The translations under genes and the position numbers were made by a program. From NCBI GenBank assembly GCA_033763315.1, contig JANRKS010000020.1, positions 32,001 through 96,000 of the forward strand: a stretch of 64,000 nucleotides of DNA, given 5' to 3'. The stretch comes from Deltaproteobacteria bacterium (GTDB taxonomy: Bacteria; Myxococcota_A; Polyangia; Fen-1088). Below are positions 27,126 through 38,300 of this stretch, in pieces (positions within the stretch are counted from its first letter, which is position 1; each line of letters starts with the position of its first letter). Below the pieces are notes generated by a model, which worked only from the letters and a program-made list of their open reading frames with translations, was not told the origin of the DNA and searched no databases.

Positions 27126-28454
27126 CTAACGCTTACGCCGCCGGCGCGCAATCCCCCTGAACACCAGTGCCACCATAGCCCAGCCAAGCAGCGACGCCAC
27201 GCCGATACGCCCGCGCCCGCCCACGCTGCAAAACCCACCACTTGCGTCACCGCCAGCGCGTTTATACCCGTCGAAGAAGTCTCGCGTGGGGATGGGCTTT
27301 TGCAACAAGACAGATGTGATCGGGCTCGCGTTGCCGTTCAAGTCAAGCGTGGCCACGCCCACGAGATAGGGGATGTTGTTCTGCAGCCCTGTGATCCGCA
27401 CTGATCGTTGTGTACGCAAAAGATCAGAACACACATACGCGGGGTTCAAGCTCCGAAACGGGTCAGGCGCCCCATATTCAACACCTTTGCTGGCATTCGA
27501 CTCATCGGTGCCGGCGTCATCCGGAGCGGCCGCGTCGGTGTTTCCCGCATTGTCGTCTGGAGTCACAACCGTCAGCGCCTGACGCAAAGGCCCCAAGTCG
27601 CCTTGCGACAACGATTGGCTCACCACCTTGCCCGGGCACTCGGTGGTGGGTGTGTGAAATTGCCCGTCGTAAGGACTCTCCTTAAAAACGCTAAACTCAC
27701 CGCGGCTGCAGAAGACGGTGTAACCACGAAAATCCGCAACGCCCTGGCTTTGCTGCCAACTGACTTCAAGCGCTTCGTTGCCCGGGGTCACTTTGATCGA
27801 TTCGCGATCGGGAGGGGAGGGTGGCTGGCCGTCGTAGTCCACCGACAGCGTCGGGGCCGCGTCGTCGTTCAGATCCGGAATGCCGTCTCCATTCGTGTCG
27901 ATTGCTAAACGAATCGACTGTTGTCCCTGCGCACCGCACGCATTGCCTTCTCGCCCAAACAACCAGCTTACCGGGAAGGTGAACGTCGGCCGATCGGGGG
28001 ATCGAGCGAAAGCGGCCAAATTGATGTTATCGATGGTTCGGCAAGCCGCCGCAGACATCGTGGTGGGGTTATTGGAAACGCATGCGGCATCGCCAATCAA
28101 AATCTTGATGGTGTCCTTGCGCTGGGTAAACAACGTCTTTTTGGCGGCACCCTGGGAGGAGAAATAGAGTTCAAGCCTGATCTGCGTGCCGCATTGGCAG
28201 CGCGCATTGTTGAAATAGTATTTTTGTTCGAAGTCGGAGAACACGCTCCATTCGCCGTTATCCTTCTTGCGCAGCAAACGCATGAGGAAATCGGCTTTCA
28301 CCGGTACACCGGGGTTCGCGGTTCCCGAGGCCCCACCGGTGCCCGTGGTGGTTCCTGTGGGGTTCGTTTGAGCTTGGACGAAGCCGAGCGGCGAACCGAC
28401 GATACACATCGTTAAAAGGGCGACAGCGACATAAACAGAGCGCACACCGCGCAT
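27126..28454 (-). CDS. Secreted FN3-like protein with a MYXO-CTERM-like sorting signal
   Basis: Signal peptide; VTPGNEALEVSW; ITGLQNNIPYLVGV; C-terminal GGFCSVGG + TM + RRRRKR; ATG 28454 chosen as start. Confidence 0.7.
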   Translation of the reverse strand: MRGVRSVYVAVALLTMCIVGSPLGFVQAQTNPTGTTTGTGGASGTANPGVPVKADFLMRLLRKKDNGEWSVFSDFEQKYYFNNARCQCGTQIRLELYFSSQGAAKKTLFTQRKDTIKILIGDAACVSNNPTTMSAAACRTIDNINLAAFARSPDRPTFTFPVSWLFGREGNACGAQGQQSIRLAIDTNGDGIPDLNDDAAPTLSVDYDGQPPSPPDRESIKVTPGNEALEVSWQQSQGVADFRGYTVFCSRGEFSVFKESPYDGQFHTPTTECPGKVVSQSLSQGDLGPLRQALTVVTPDDNAGNTDAAAPDDAGTDESNASKGVEYGAPDPFRSLNPAYVCSDLLRTQRSVRITGLQNNIPYLVGVATLDLNGNASPITSVLLQKPIPTRDFFDGYKRAGGDASGGFCSVGGRGRIGVASLLGWAMVALVFRGIARRRRKR

Positions 28455-28499
28455 CCTAGCACCTTGGCGCCCCCCGAGGTGCAGCCCCTCCATGCGGCT

Positions 28500-30782
28500 T
28501 TACGCCGCTTTTCGCGTCTGCAGCCGCTCTTTGCAAAGCGCTTCCACGGCGGTTACCTGGTGCGCCAGTTCGTTCAATTGCGCGGTGTTGAGCTGCCGCG
28601 TGCCAAATCGGACGGCCTCGTACGTCGCGACGATGCCCCCATAATCTTTCGCCAATGCGGACTCGGCTCGGCAAGCACGCTGCAAATGTTCCCGTGGTGT
28701 CTCTGATGCCTGCTTGGTGACGCCCAACGAACCCACCGCGCGAACGGACCGCTCGTAAAGCTTCTGCACAGCCCCTTGCGCCCCCGCGCGCGGCACCAGC
28801 CGTTGGCCAGGTTTCACGCGGCGCTTGCGGATGCGAAGCGCCACGTAGACTGCCAAACCAAAGGCCACCACACCGTAAACGAGGCGTTTATCGGGCTTAG
28901 GCAACGAGAAAGCTGACCCCGGCTGGCGTTTGAACCCGAGCGACTTTGCCAGCCCTCGTGCCAGATCAAGCTGGCGGCTGGCGTCGTATTCAATCACCCA
29001 CTGCCCCCACCACAACTCAATCGAGTCTGCGACTTGTTTAAGCCGGCTCATGCGCGAAGGCCGCGAGATGGCGGGGGTCGCATCCATGCGCGTCCAACCG
29101 AACCCAGAAAAATACACTTCCGTCCACGAGTGCGCGCGGTTGTCACGCACTGTCACCAGATTGGATAGATCGTTCCACTCGCCGCCCAAAAAGCCATTCA
29201 CATACCGGGTGGGCACGTCCGCGATCCGCAGCATGATGGCGGCCGCCGTCGCGAAGTATTCGCAATGACCGCTGCTTTGAACCATCAGGAAATCTTCAAG
29301 TGGATCTTTAACGGAAGGATCGCGCTTAAGATCGAGCGAGTACGTCTTGCTCCTGTGCAGCCACGTCATCACCGCCTGCGCTCGCGCGGCCGGTGTCTTG
29401 TGGTCAGCGGTGATGCGTCTCACCAACCCCGACAGACGCTTCCGTAGATCTGCAGGCACTTGCAGGTATGGTGCAAGCAAGCCCTCGGGCAGCTCGGTTA
29501 TGGCTTTGGCCGCGCCTGGGCGCGCACGCCGCAAGCTATCAATGGAGTAGGCCACGTAGCGTGCCCCCGCAAAATCCGCCAACGGCAACGCCCGCCCATA
29601 AGGCGAGGTACGCATCGTGCGCAGAGCGGCTTCGCCCGAATACCGAGCCTCAATTTGTGTTGATAAGAAGGCACCTGTCGCCGGCTCCTCCACTTCAAAC
29701 GCCACAGGCGAATCCAACGCAAACGCCACCGGCAAGCTCACTCCCATGATTTGAATCTCCTGCCGATCGGCCAACGCAAGCAGTTCCTTTCTCGACGGAG
29801 GTTTATCGGGCGTCTCGGGACCAGAAACCCATCTCCATTGATTGGGCCCTTGGCCAAACCCCGTGGAAAGCTTGGTGCGCGTGAGATCGGATCGTGACCG
29901 CAACCACTGGCCGTTTTCGTACGTGTCGTAAACGGTGCCACGCCAATAAAGGCTTGCAATCACGGCGTCGCGTGCTTCTTCTGAGGGCTGGTCAAGCAAA
30001 CGTGGCATTCCCACGCGCAAGATCACCGTTTGGTTGTCGCTTGAGATGTTGCCGTGGTGGCCAAGCTCCACTTGATCACTAAAGCCTGCCACGCTGCCAT
30101 GGCGTCGCACGCCGCCCGTCAAAAAACCAATGCCGATGCGGGGCGCCAGCGCGAACACAATGGTTGCCCCAGCCAGCACGGCCAATGCCGCGGCGGCCGT
30201 GGCATAAAAAAACGGGCGCCCCACCACGCGACGTGAATCCAACACGCGTGCGGCTGTCACCCGTTGTGCGGCCGTGGAAGCTTCGTGCTTCACTAAGTAA
30301 TTGTCTTCAATCTCTCGGCGCAAGTGAAACAAGATGAGCGCCCACACCAACGCCACCACATACACCGCGAATCCCAGCGCAAACAAAGCGCTTTGCGCCA
30401 ACCACGAGGCGGCCAAGATTAACAGAAAGGCCAGAATGTAAAGCTGCATGTAATCGCGGTTGGTTTTCCGCTGCATCAGCTTGTAGCCCACCAACACCAA
30501 TACTAAATCAAGCAGCGCGGTCAGATCGGGTTCAGGGAAGGACTGAACCAACGAAAACACCGTGATGCAGAAGTACCCCAGGACCAGAACTTTGAACGGC
30601 AAATCAAGCCGCACGAGCCACGCGCTCAGCTGGCTTTCGGGCTCCGCGAACCACGACAAAGTTCCCACGATCAGGCACGCGGCGATCTGAGCGAACGTCA
30701 AATTGCCTGCCGCTGCCAAAGTGCCAATGGCGGCGGCCACCATCAAATAAGACGAAGCTTTATGAGCGGCTCTGAACCTCAC
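28500..30782 (-). CDS. TgpA-like membrane transglutaminase-domain protein (DUF3488-TGase-DUF4129)
   Basis: N-terminal TM helices, GFSDQVELG, YWRG, GHCEYFA, RYVNGF.GGE, HSWTEVY..G.GW..MDATP. Confidence 0.9.
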   Translation of the reverse strand: MRFRAAHKASSYLMVAAAIGTLAAAGNLTFAQIAACLIVGTLSWFAEPESQLSAWLVRLDLPFKVLVLGYFCITVFSLVQSFPEPDLTALLDLVLVLVGYKLMQRKTNRDYMQLYILAFLLILAASWLAQSALFALGFAVYVVALVWALILFHLRREIEDNYLVKHEASTAAQRVTAARVLDSRRVVGRPFFYATAAAALAVLAGATIVFALAPRIGIGFLTGGVRRHGSVAGFSDQVELGHHGNISSDNQTVILRVGMPRLLDQPSEEARDAVIASLYWRGTVYDTYENGQWLRSRSDLTRTKLSTGFGQGPNQWRWVSGPETPDKPPSRKELLALADRQEIQIMGVSLPVAFALDSPVAFEVEEPATGAFLSTQIEARYSGEAALRTMRTSPYGRALPLADFAGARYVAYSIDSLRRARPGAAKAITELPEGLLAPYLQVPADLRKRLSGLVRRITADHKTPAARAQAVMTWLHRSKTYSLDLKRDPSVKDPLEDFLMVQSSGHCEYFATAAAIMLRIADVPTRYVNGFLGGEWNDLSNLVTVRDNRAHSWTEVYFSGFGWTRMDATPAISRPSRMSRLKQVADSIELWWGQWVIEYDASRQLDLARGLAKSLGFKRQPGSAFSLPKPDKRLVYGVVAFGLAVYVALRIRKRRVKPGQRLVPRAGAQGAVQKLYERSVRAVGSLGVTKQASETPREHLQRACRAESALAKDYGGIVATYEAVRFGTRQLNTAQLNELAHQVTAVEALCKERLQTRKAA

Positions 30783-31963
30783 GCGGCTTGCCCTCGCGCA
30801 CCACTGGCCAATGTCACGCGGGGCGCGCTATCCGCCATTGTTACGCGCGCCACGACCACGGCCGTGCCCAATGCGCCGCTTGGTGCCTTCACATCGTCCA
30901 TGGTCACGAGCGCCAAAGCAGCCAGCAGCGCGTGGCTTTGCTGGTTGCCTGCGCGCGATCCCACGCTCACCTGGCCGGCGGACAAGCCCACCTCATAGCC
31001 GCGCTTCAAGAACCACAACCCCACCGACGCGGCCATAGAAACGGCCTGCTCGAAAGCCTGGTTTTCGTTTTCCTGCCGCACTTCGGCCCACTGAAGTTTC
31101 ACCACCACGCGGCCGCCCGCATCGTCTTCATGCTCGCGCACGAGCCATCGACCGCGTCGTGCCGAACTTCGCCAGTGGATCTGCCGTGGATCATCGCCTT
31201 CGCGGTATTCGCGCAGCCCGTGAAATTCCCCTGACCGCGATGCACGTGCGTTGCGGCGATCCGGCAAAGGCGCGCCGCCCTCGGCCGCCAATAACTGTGG
31301 CACCGGCACAAGCGCGGGGTACACCAACATCTGCGCGTTGGCTGGGATATCGTGCGCTTTGCGAATCAACCCGAATGGAAACCGCGTTGACACGCGAAAG
31401 CCCACTAAGCGATGCACGCCCCGGTGGTTCACCACATTGCGGTACGCCGTCTCTTGTTCGCGTCCGGCGGGGATCTTTAAGAAATAGCAACGCCGCTCCA
31501 CAGGGCGCTCGTCCGTGAGATCTTCCACTTCCAAGGAAAACGTGGGCGTGCGCTTCTTGTTGTTGCGTACGCCAATGCCCATCAAAAACGGCGTGCCCGC
31601 ATGGATGGCCGTGGGCAACTTGCGCGTCACCACCAAATGCCGCAGGCACAACTCCGACATGATGCCGCTGGCCAAGATCAAAAACAGCATCATGCCGAAC
31701 ACCAAGAACAGCAGGTTCAACCCAGCGTTCACAGCGGCGGCGCCCACCACCAACGTGGCGCACATGAACCAAACGCCTTCACGCGTGGTTGGCAGACGTT
31801 TCCATAAACTGCGCTTCTTGCGAGCCCCGCCCGCGCGCGCAGGTGGCTCAGGCATCAACGTGCCGTGAATCGACGACGGCCGCGGCGGCGTGGTGCGTTC
31901 ACGAGCCGAACTCATCTGACCACTCCTAACCCGGCACAGGGAACTGATTGACGATCTCGCCAA
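30779..31963 (-). CDS. DUF58 domain protein (MoxR partner)
   Basis: TRFPFGL, EFHGLREYREGDDPRQIHWRSSAR; start may be further downstream. Confidence 0.88.
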   Translation of the reverse strand: MARSSISSLCRVRSGQMSSARERTTPPRPSSIHGTLMPEPPARAGGARKKRSLWKRLPTTREGVWFMCATLVVGAAAVNAGLNLLFLVFGMMLFLILASGIMSELCLRHLVVTRKLPTAIHAGTPFLMGIGVRNNKKRTPTFSLEVEDLTDERPVERRCYFLKIPAGREQETAYRNVVNHRGVHRLVGFRVSTRFPFGLIRKAHDIPANAQMLVYPALVPVPQLLAAEGGAPLPDRRNARASRSGEFHGLREYREGDDPRQIHWRSSARRGRWLVREHEDDAGGRVVVKLQWAEVRQENENQAFEQAVSMAASVGLWFLKRGYEVGLSAGQVSVGSRAGNQQSHALLAALALVTMDDVKAPSGALGTAVVVARVTMADSAPRVTLASGARGQAA

Positions 31964-32912
31964 TCACACGTTCGGCGTCATCGCGCGCGCGCCCACCTTC
32001 GGTGTGGTGGGCCAGCAGCACGCGGTGTGAAAGCGCTGCTACGGCGGTGCCCTTGAGATCATCGGGCAAAACAAAGTCCCGCCCGTCGGCCAAAGCGGAG
32101 GCCTTCGCTATGTTCCGCCACGCCAACTGGCCCCGCGGTGAAATGCCCAACGACAAAAACGGCGACCGGCGCGTCTCCCCCGCCACCGCCACGATGTAAT
32201 CCGCGAGCTCCGGCGACAGCCGCACGCGATCAGCAGCCTCTTGCAACGAAAGAATGTCGCGCAACAAAACGGCCGGCTTAATGGCCTCTACGGCCGCACC
32301 GGCCTTGCCCGGCATTTCCAGCAGCAAACGGCGCTCGTCTTCGGGCTTGGGGTAATCCAGCCGAATCCGCAGCACGAACCGATCCATTTGCGATTCAGGC
32401 AAAGGATAGGTGCCGTAGTGTTCTTCGGGATTCTGCGTGGCGATCACCATGAACGGCGTATCAAGTTTGTGCGTCTTGCCATCCACCGACACCTGGCCAT
32501 CGTTCATCGCCTCAAGCAGCGCGCTTTGCGTGCGCGGTGTGGTTCGGTTGATCTCGTCGGCCAAAACAACGTTCGCAAAAATCGCCCCGGGCTTAAAATC
32601 AAACATTCCGGTGCGCTGATCGAGCAACGACACGCCAATGATGTCGGAGGGCAACAGATCGCTTGTGAACTGAATGCGGTGAAACGTTCCACCGATCGAC
32701 CCGGCCAGCGCGCGCGCCAGTGTGGTCTTGCCCACCCCCGGTACGTCCTCAATTAACAAATGCCCCCGCGCCACCAGCGCCATGACAGCGCTGCGAATGG
32801 CCTCCGCCTTCCCGCGAATCACCTTCGCGATGTTCGCCTCAAGGCGGGCGATTAACTCCGACGAGTCTGCTTCGTAACCCTCGGCGGCAACAATACGGGT
32901 CATTTTTTCCAC
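31926..32912 (-). CDS. moxR: MoxR-family AAA+ ATPase
   Basis: EDVPGVGKT, RIQFTSDLLPSD, DEINRTTPRTQSALLEAM, ATQNP, GTYPLPESQMDRF. Confidence 0.95.
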   Translation of the reverse strand: MEKMTRIVAAEGYEADSSELIARLEANIAKVIRGKAEAIRSAVMALVARGHLLIEDVPGVGKTTLARALAGSIGGTFHRIQFTSDLLPSDIIGVSLLDQRTGMFDFKPGAIFANVVLADEINRTTPRTQSALLEAMNDGQVSVDGKTHKLDTPFMVIATQNPEEHYGTYPLPESQMDRFVLRIRLDYPKPEDERRLLLEMPGKAGAAVEAIKPAVLLRDILSLQEAADRVRLSPELADYIVAVAGETRRSPFLSLGISPRGQLAWRNIAKASALADGRDFVLPDDLKGTAVAALSHRVLLAHHTEGGRARDDAERVIGEIVNQFPVPG

Positions 32913-32981
32913 TATACCAGCCTTCCTATCCTCGGCTCTCTGGCGGCTGGCTTGAGGGGAACCAGCGAATTGGGAAGGCGA

Positions 32982-33413
32982 TTAAAGAGGGTTTCTTACG
33001 TCCAGAAATGCGAAGCGTCGAAAATCAGCATCGTTGGTGTAAAGCACCCTGACCTTGTGCTGAAGTAAAATGACGGCGATGTGTGCGTCGGGCACAAGAT
33101 TGCCTCTAACGGGCGCCTCCCCGGCGATTTTTTTGAACCGCATGAGCACGTCGGATTGCTCTGATAACAACCGCACGTGAGGCAACGAGAACAACGCCTC
33201 TAGATTCCCCATCGCCACTTCGGGTGCCAAGGGATTCCTGAGAATGCGCGGGTGTGTGACGATTCGCAGATACGCCATCGCCGCTGGGCACGGCACATAG
33301 ACCATCTCGTTCCCCCTGGCGCATTCGGTGAGGAACGCTTTCGCTCTGACGGCCTCCTGGCTACCTTCGTTCGAGGCGTAAATCAGAATGTTCGCGTCAA
33401 TAGCGAAGCTCAT
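32982..33413 (-). CDS. vapC: VapC-type PIN-domain toxin
   Basis: IDANILIYA, GNLVPDAHIA, TNDADFRRF, NPL. Confidence 0.9.
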   Translation of the reverse strand: MSFAIDANILIYASNEGSQEAVRAKAFLTECARGNEMVYVPCPAAMAYLRIVTHPRILRNPLAPEVAMGNLEALFSLPHVRLLSEQSDVLMRFKKIAGEAPVRGNLVPDAHIAVILLQHKVRVLYTNDADFRRFAFLDVRNPL

Positions 33414-33658
33414 CTCGGTAATGTGTCCTTATCCAACGCGTTGGCCAAAGCGTCCTTGTCCTTGAGGTTGACCATGGGCTCAAGGGGTTGCGACACCCAC
33501 TTGAAGGCAGGCGGCGCCTTCTTTGCCTTCTTGCGGGCGGCGAGGCCCAGGGCTAGAGCTTCTGAAACCACGTCGCTCAGACTCGCATTTTCTTCCTTAC
33601 CGATTGCTTTTAGCTCCTCCAAGAGCGGGTCCTCGATATTCACTGTCGTGCGTGCCAT
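33410..33658 (-). CDS. vapB: VapB-type (RHH) antitoxin
   Basis: MARTTVNIEDPLL..LK, SLSDVV.EAL; ATGA overlap with vapC. Confidence 0.85.
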   Translation of the reverse strand: MARTTVNIEDPLLEELKAIGKEENASLSDVVSEALALGLAARKKAKKAPPAFKWVSQPLEPMVNLKDKDALANALDKDTLPR

Positions 33659-33684
33659 GCATCTGATGGTACCATTAGATGCAT
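33657..33684. promoter_or_regulatory. 28-bp near-perfect palindrome, probable VapB operator
   Basis: atgcatctgatggtaccattagatgcat abuts the antitoxin start; catctgat recurs three times nearby. Confidence 0.65.
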
Positions 33685-33770
33685 CTGATGCGTTGACTTT
33701 TATCATCTGATTCCCCCTGCGACGGCAATCATCTGGGTTGCGTTACCGACGCTTGCAACAAGCTGAATCG

Positions 33771-34392
33771 TCATTCATCGGTGGTCGCCCCCGAAGCGGC
33801 GTCCCAAAGCTCGAAAAACTTCGGCCGAACGTACGCATGGAGTTCCTCGCCGAGGGTGCGTGGTAGGTGGGCAGCCCGAATCACTTCGAGCACGTCCGCC
33901 AAATCCTTTAACCGATGCGGCGCCGTCATCCCGGACGCAAGCTTTAACTCGAGGAACCGTGGCACGGGCAGCAGACGGACGGCATGACCTTGCTCTGCGA
34001 TGGCGGGATCGGGGAACGCCACTGGCTTAACCTTTCCATCACCCGGGTAGTCTCCCACTCAAAACCAGGTCAATCTCGACATTGTTCTCGGTGTCTCTAA
34101 AGCCGCGGCTGCCGGGAAATTTTTCTAAGTAACCCAGGCCCAAGCAGCCGGCCTTGAACTTCGCCAACCCGGCGGGCGTTAAAAGAACGTTCACGTCGCT
34201 GGTCATGCGGCGGTACCCAAGTTCGTTCAACGCCATCGCGCCCACGACCGCATACGGTATCTCGTGCTCCTCCAGCAGGTGCGCAAGCTTCTCCATGGCC
34301 TTGCGAACGTCTGATCCACCCATAAAAAACCGGCTGGCAGCGTCAACCCCCGCCCAGAAAGCGGCTTCGGCGGTTGGGTTCAGGGGTGGCAT
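33771..34392 (-). pseudogene. Frameshifted nucleotidyltransferase-like gene
   Basis: ...EIDLVLSG continues as GDYPGDGKVKPV in another frame at the GGG near 34055; VVGAMA and TSDVNV motifs, ending HRLKDLADV. Confidence 0.65.
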
Positions 34393-34450
34393 GGGTGGGC
34401 ACCTCAAGAAAGTTTACCACTGCCGGCGTTTGCGGGGCTATGAAGCGTTT

Positions 34451-35140
34451 ATGAGCGAAACGAACGTTGTGAATGCGCTGGATTGGCTGGACGAGGAGGG
34501 TTGGATCCCGGCGGATCCGGCACTGCGTGGGCGGGCCATCCGCATGGCACAAGCGATTGAATACGCCAGCACGCTTGAACCGGATGAATACCGGGGCACG
34601 ATGATTCCCTGCCAGCGGCAAACAGATGGGCAGCCGTGTCTCGGCTTTCTGATCGTCACGATGATGGACAATTACGATTTCGTCGCCCATTGCGATGAGT
34701 GCAACGAAGAAGAATTCGTCATCACGAACTGGCAGGGCACGGCTTGGGACGAAGGGGGCGACGATGAAGACGACGATGATGGCCCGTCGGTTTTTGCAAC
34801 GGAAGAGGTACAGGCGCGCTTTGAAGCGGCCTTGGAGGCGATCGCCTGCCCGTTGTCGGCCAACCGCTTGCTGGGGATCATGAGCTCCGCAGAATCACCC
34901 GCGGTTGTGATGGAAAAGATCATGAACGTGACGCCAGATCCGCCCAGCCAAAAGGCTGTAGACAAGTTTATCGCCGTCCTTATGGACACCTGGAACAACG
35001 TGCGGCGCCCCGAGCTTGGGGGCAAGACGCCTGCCGAGATGCGTTCCTCCGGCCCCATTGTGAAGGCCGCTTCACCGGGTAGAAACGCTCCCTGTCCCTG
35101 TGGCAGTGGGAAAAAATATAAACGGTGTTGTGCGAATTAA
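34451..35140 (+). CDS. SEC-C motif protein with an N-terminal Cys/Zn-like domain
   Basis: C-terminal PGRNAPCPCGSGKKYKRCC; WNN.RRPELGGKTP; ATG 34451. Confidence 0.8.
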   Translation: MSETNVVNALDWLDEEGWIPADPALRGRAIRMAQAIEYASTLEPDEYRGTMIPCQRQTDGQPCLGFLIVTMMDNYDFVAHCDECNEEEFVITNWQGTAWDEGGDDEDDDDGPSVFATEEVQARFEAALEAIACPLSANRLLGIMSSAESPAVVMEKIMNVTPDPPSQKAVDKFIAVLMDTWNNVRRPELGGKTPAEMRSSGPIVKAASPGRNAPCPCGSGKKYKRCCAN

Positions 35141-35355
35141 TTGTGCCATTGCCTACACAGGCGCACCTGTGAAACGCGTGTTTGCGACAGCGACCGGCGG
35201 CGAAAGTTACATTTGCGCCGATGGCTTCAGGTTTGCTGTGGGGCAATCGATGGTTGGTGCTGGATTTTATGCGTCAACGCAAAGTATTATTTTGCGGCCA
35301 GCGAACTAGCCCTGATACTCGCAGCAAAGCAATGAGAGTCCCGGTGGGAGGAATT

Positions 35356-38300
35356 ATGCGAAAAGTAGCCCTAGCAGCAGCGTTTTTGTCCGCGACAGTT
35401 GTCGCAGGATGTGGTGATGACCTTCCGTCGAACATCGACGCCAACGTCGTCGTAGCCGATGGCGGCGGCGGCAACACGGGCGAAGGTGGGGTCCTCCCGG
35501 ACGCAGGTTGCCCCAGCGCTACGTTTATCTCGCCGGTACCGGCTGCGAAGCTCACCGCGGCGGATGACGTGGACGATCAGTGCAAAGCCAATGGCTTTCA
35601 GATTGACGTGAAGCTGGCCGTTGGCGCTCCCGATGGCACCCCGGTTACCTTGCTGGCGAACAACACACCGGTGGGGACTCCCGGTGTGGTTACAGGGGGC
35701 ACGGTGACTTTTGCGGGTGTTTCGCTGGCGACGAGCGGTGCATCGGCACTGGTCGCGCAGATTGGCAACGCGACGGGCTGTACGGCAAGCAACACGGTAG
35801 ACATCAATTGTTCTGCGGTCACCTGTAACATCACGAAGCCGGTAATCAGCGAGGCTCACCCCAAGCTGAACGACGTACCGGTGGCAGAAGGCGGAGACCG
35901 CGTGAGCTCGCCCGGGTCTGACTACCAGGCCGCGTTTGAAGTGACGACGAACGCAGGCGACAACAGTGTTGTGCAGCTGCAGGTTCGCCGCGCCGATGCG
36001 CCTGACGCTGTCGTTAACGTGAACGCCACCGTTTTGGGCGGAAAAGCGAATTTCCCCGGCGTGGCTTTGCGGCCGGATGGTGCTTTTCAAATTCAAGCAG
36101 TGTGTAGGTCCGGAGCCGTTGAGGGACGCTCGCAGTTAGGCACCTTCACAGTGGATACGGCGAAGCCTGATTTGACGGTGACGTCACCGATCGCGAATCA
36201 GTTCTACGGTCCTAGCACGGGACCTGGCGACCTTGATGGCAAGGTTGTCAATGGCAAATTCAAGGTTTGCGCCAGCACCATGGCGGCTGACGCAACCAAT
36301 GTGGGGATGGCCATAAACGGCGGCAAGAACTTGGGAGCAGCGATAGGGACATCAGCGATGACCTACGTCCCTGTTGCCGTTGGCGGTTCTGCTGGCAGCG
36401 GATGCGTCGAATTGGATTGCCTCGGCGGTGCGCCGTTCTCAGTCAACGTGTCTCTACGAGACGATGCTGGCAACGTTGCGACTAAGTCGATTGCGGGCGT
36501 CACCTGTGCCTCTGCGCTTCCAGGCGTGCAGATTGTTCAGCCAGTATCAGACTCAGCACCATACACTGATCCTTCCAAGCATCTCCTTGCTGCGAACGCA
36601 ACGCAGGCGTTCAAGGACAACGATCCGGCGATTGGCGGCGCGCAAACCCTTGTGGTCGCTTGTACGGACAAGAAGCTTGCGAAGGCTAAACTCTTCGTCG
36701 GGGTGGAAGGCGGCGCGCTTGACCAGGTGGGGTCGGAAGTAGATGTTGTCGATGCCGTGACGGGCGATGGCTGTCCTGCGGGTCTCGGGTTCGTCGCAAA
36801 ATGGCCGAAAGCTACTCTGCGCGACAGCACAATGAACACCGCAGGGGGGCTCATCTCGCCGACTCAGCTTCGTGTCGAAGTAACGGAGGTTTCTTCGGCC
36901 AAGGGTCAAAGTCCCATCGTGAGCCTGTGGGTTGATTCTACTGCTCCTACAGCAGATCCCCGAACACCCGCATGCGGAACACTGATCGAATCCACTGTGG
37001 ACCAGACACGCGAGCTCACCCTGATAACGTCATCCGCCTTGATCAAGCTGGTGGTGACGTCGAACGGCGCTCCGGCTGAATACGACCCGACAAGTATCCT
37101 TGGTAGCGTCGCGACTTTCTCAAACGTGCTCTTAAAGGTAGGCGAGAACGTACTAACGGCGGTTGTGCGGGATCCAGCCGGCAACCAGTCAGGCTTGAGC
37201 GGGGCTGCCTGCGCCATCAAGGTGGGCACGCCCCCCATCGTGAATTTCGTTTCGCCGGCGACAAATGCAAAACTCTGTGCTGTAGGTGGTTCAGGCTGCG
37301 TCGCAGATGCAGACGGCGCTACGGATGGTTGGCAGGGCACCGTCACTGTTTCGGTTACTGTTGCCGGAACTCCAGCTACGACAGGCACCGTGACTCTATC
37401 TAAGACAGGAGGAGATGCTATTGGGACTTCCAACGTGGTCAATGGCGTGGCCACCTTTTCAAGCGTCACGATTCCTGAAGGCACCGTGGCTATTTTAGCT
37501 GCCACCAGCGAATACCCATCGGCCGGAGTTGGTACAACAGCCTCCGCATTCACAGTCGATTCAAAAGTTCCCTCGGCGGTCGCCTCTTTGAGTGCGGAGA
37601 TACTTACAAGGCGAGAGTCGTCGTTTAAGCTTCGCTGGACGGCCCCTGACGACAATGGCCAACCCGCCGCGGCCTACGATATTCGAGTCTCCGAGGCCCC
37701 CTTGACCGAAGGAAATTTTTCTGCGGCTGAGGCGCTGACGTTTGCCGGTGTTCCGGCCGCTTCGGGCCAAGCAGAAGCCCTGGATGTTCGAGGCCGGAAA
37801 ATCGAAGCTGACTACTACTTCGGTGTCGTACCAGTCGACGCGGCCGGCAACCGTGGCCCCCTAGTGAAGCTCGATTTACCCACCCGCGCCTCCTTCAATA
37901 GGACCATCCTCAGCCCGCCGAGCATCGACCCCGACCAAACCAAAGAAGACGAGGCCGGCTATTCTGTCTCAGGGTACGGAGATCTAAACGGAGACGGCCG
38001 TGGCGACGTCATCGTGGGGACTCGACTAGGCAAGCGGGTGTTGGTCTATTTCGGCACGGCAATGTTCTCTCCCGACGCTCCCTCGCTGACTATCACCGGA
38101 ACCAGCGCCGGCTTTGGGCGGCATGCCATGCTTGTAGGCGATGTTGTTCAAAACCCTGATGAGCCGTCTAGTAGCAGCAAACCGGACCTAGCTGTGGCGT
38201 CTTCGGCCAACAAGATGTTCATTTTCGCGGGTCGGACGACCTGGCCCGCGACATTATCGGAGGCTGACGCTGATTTCGTTATCGACGGCGCTGGTAGCTC

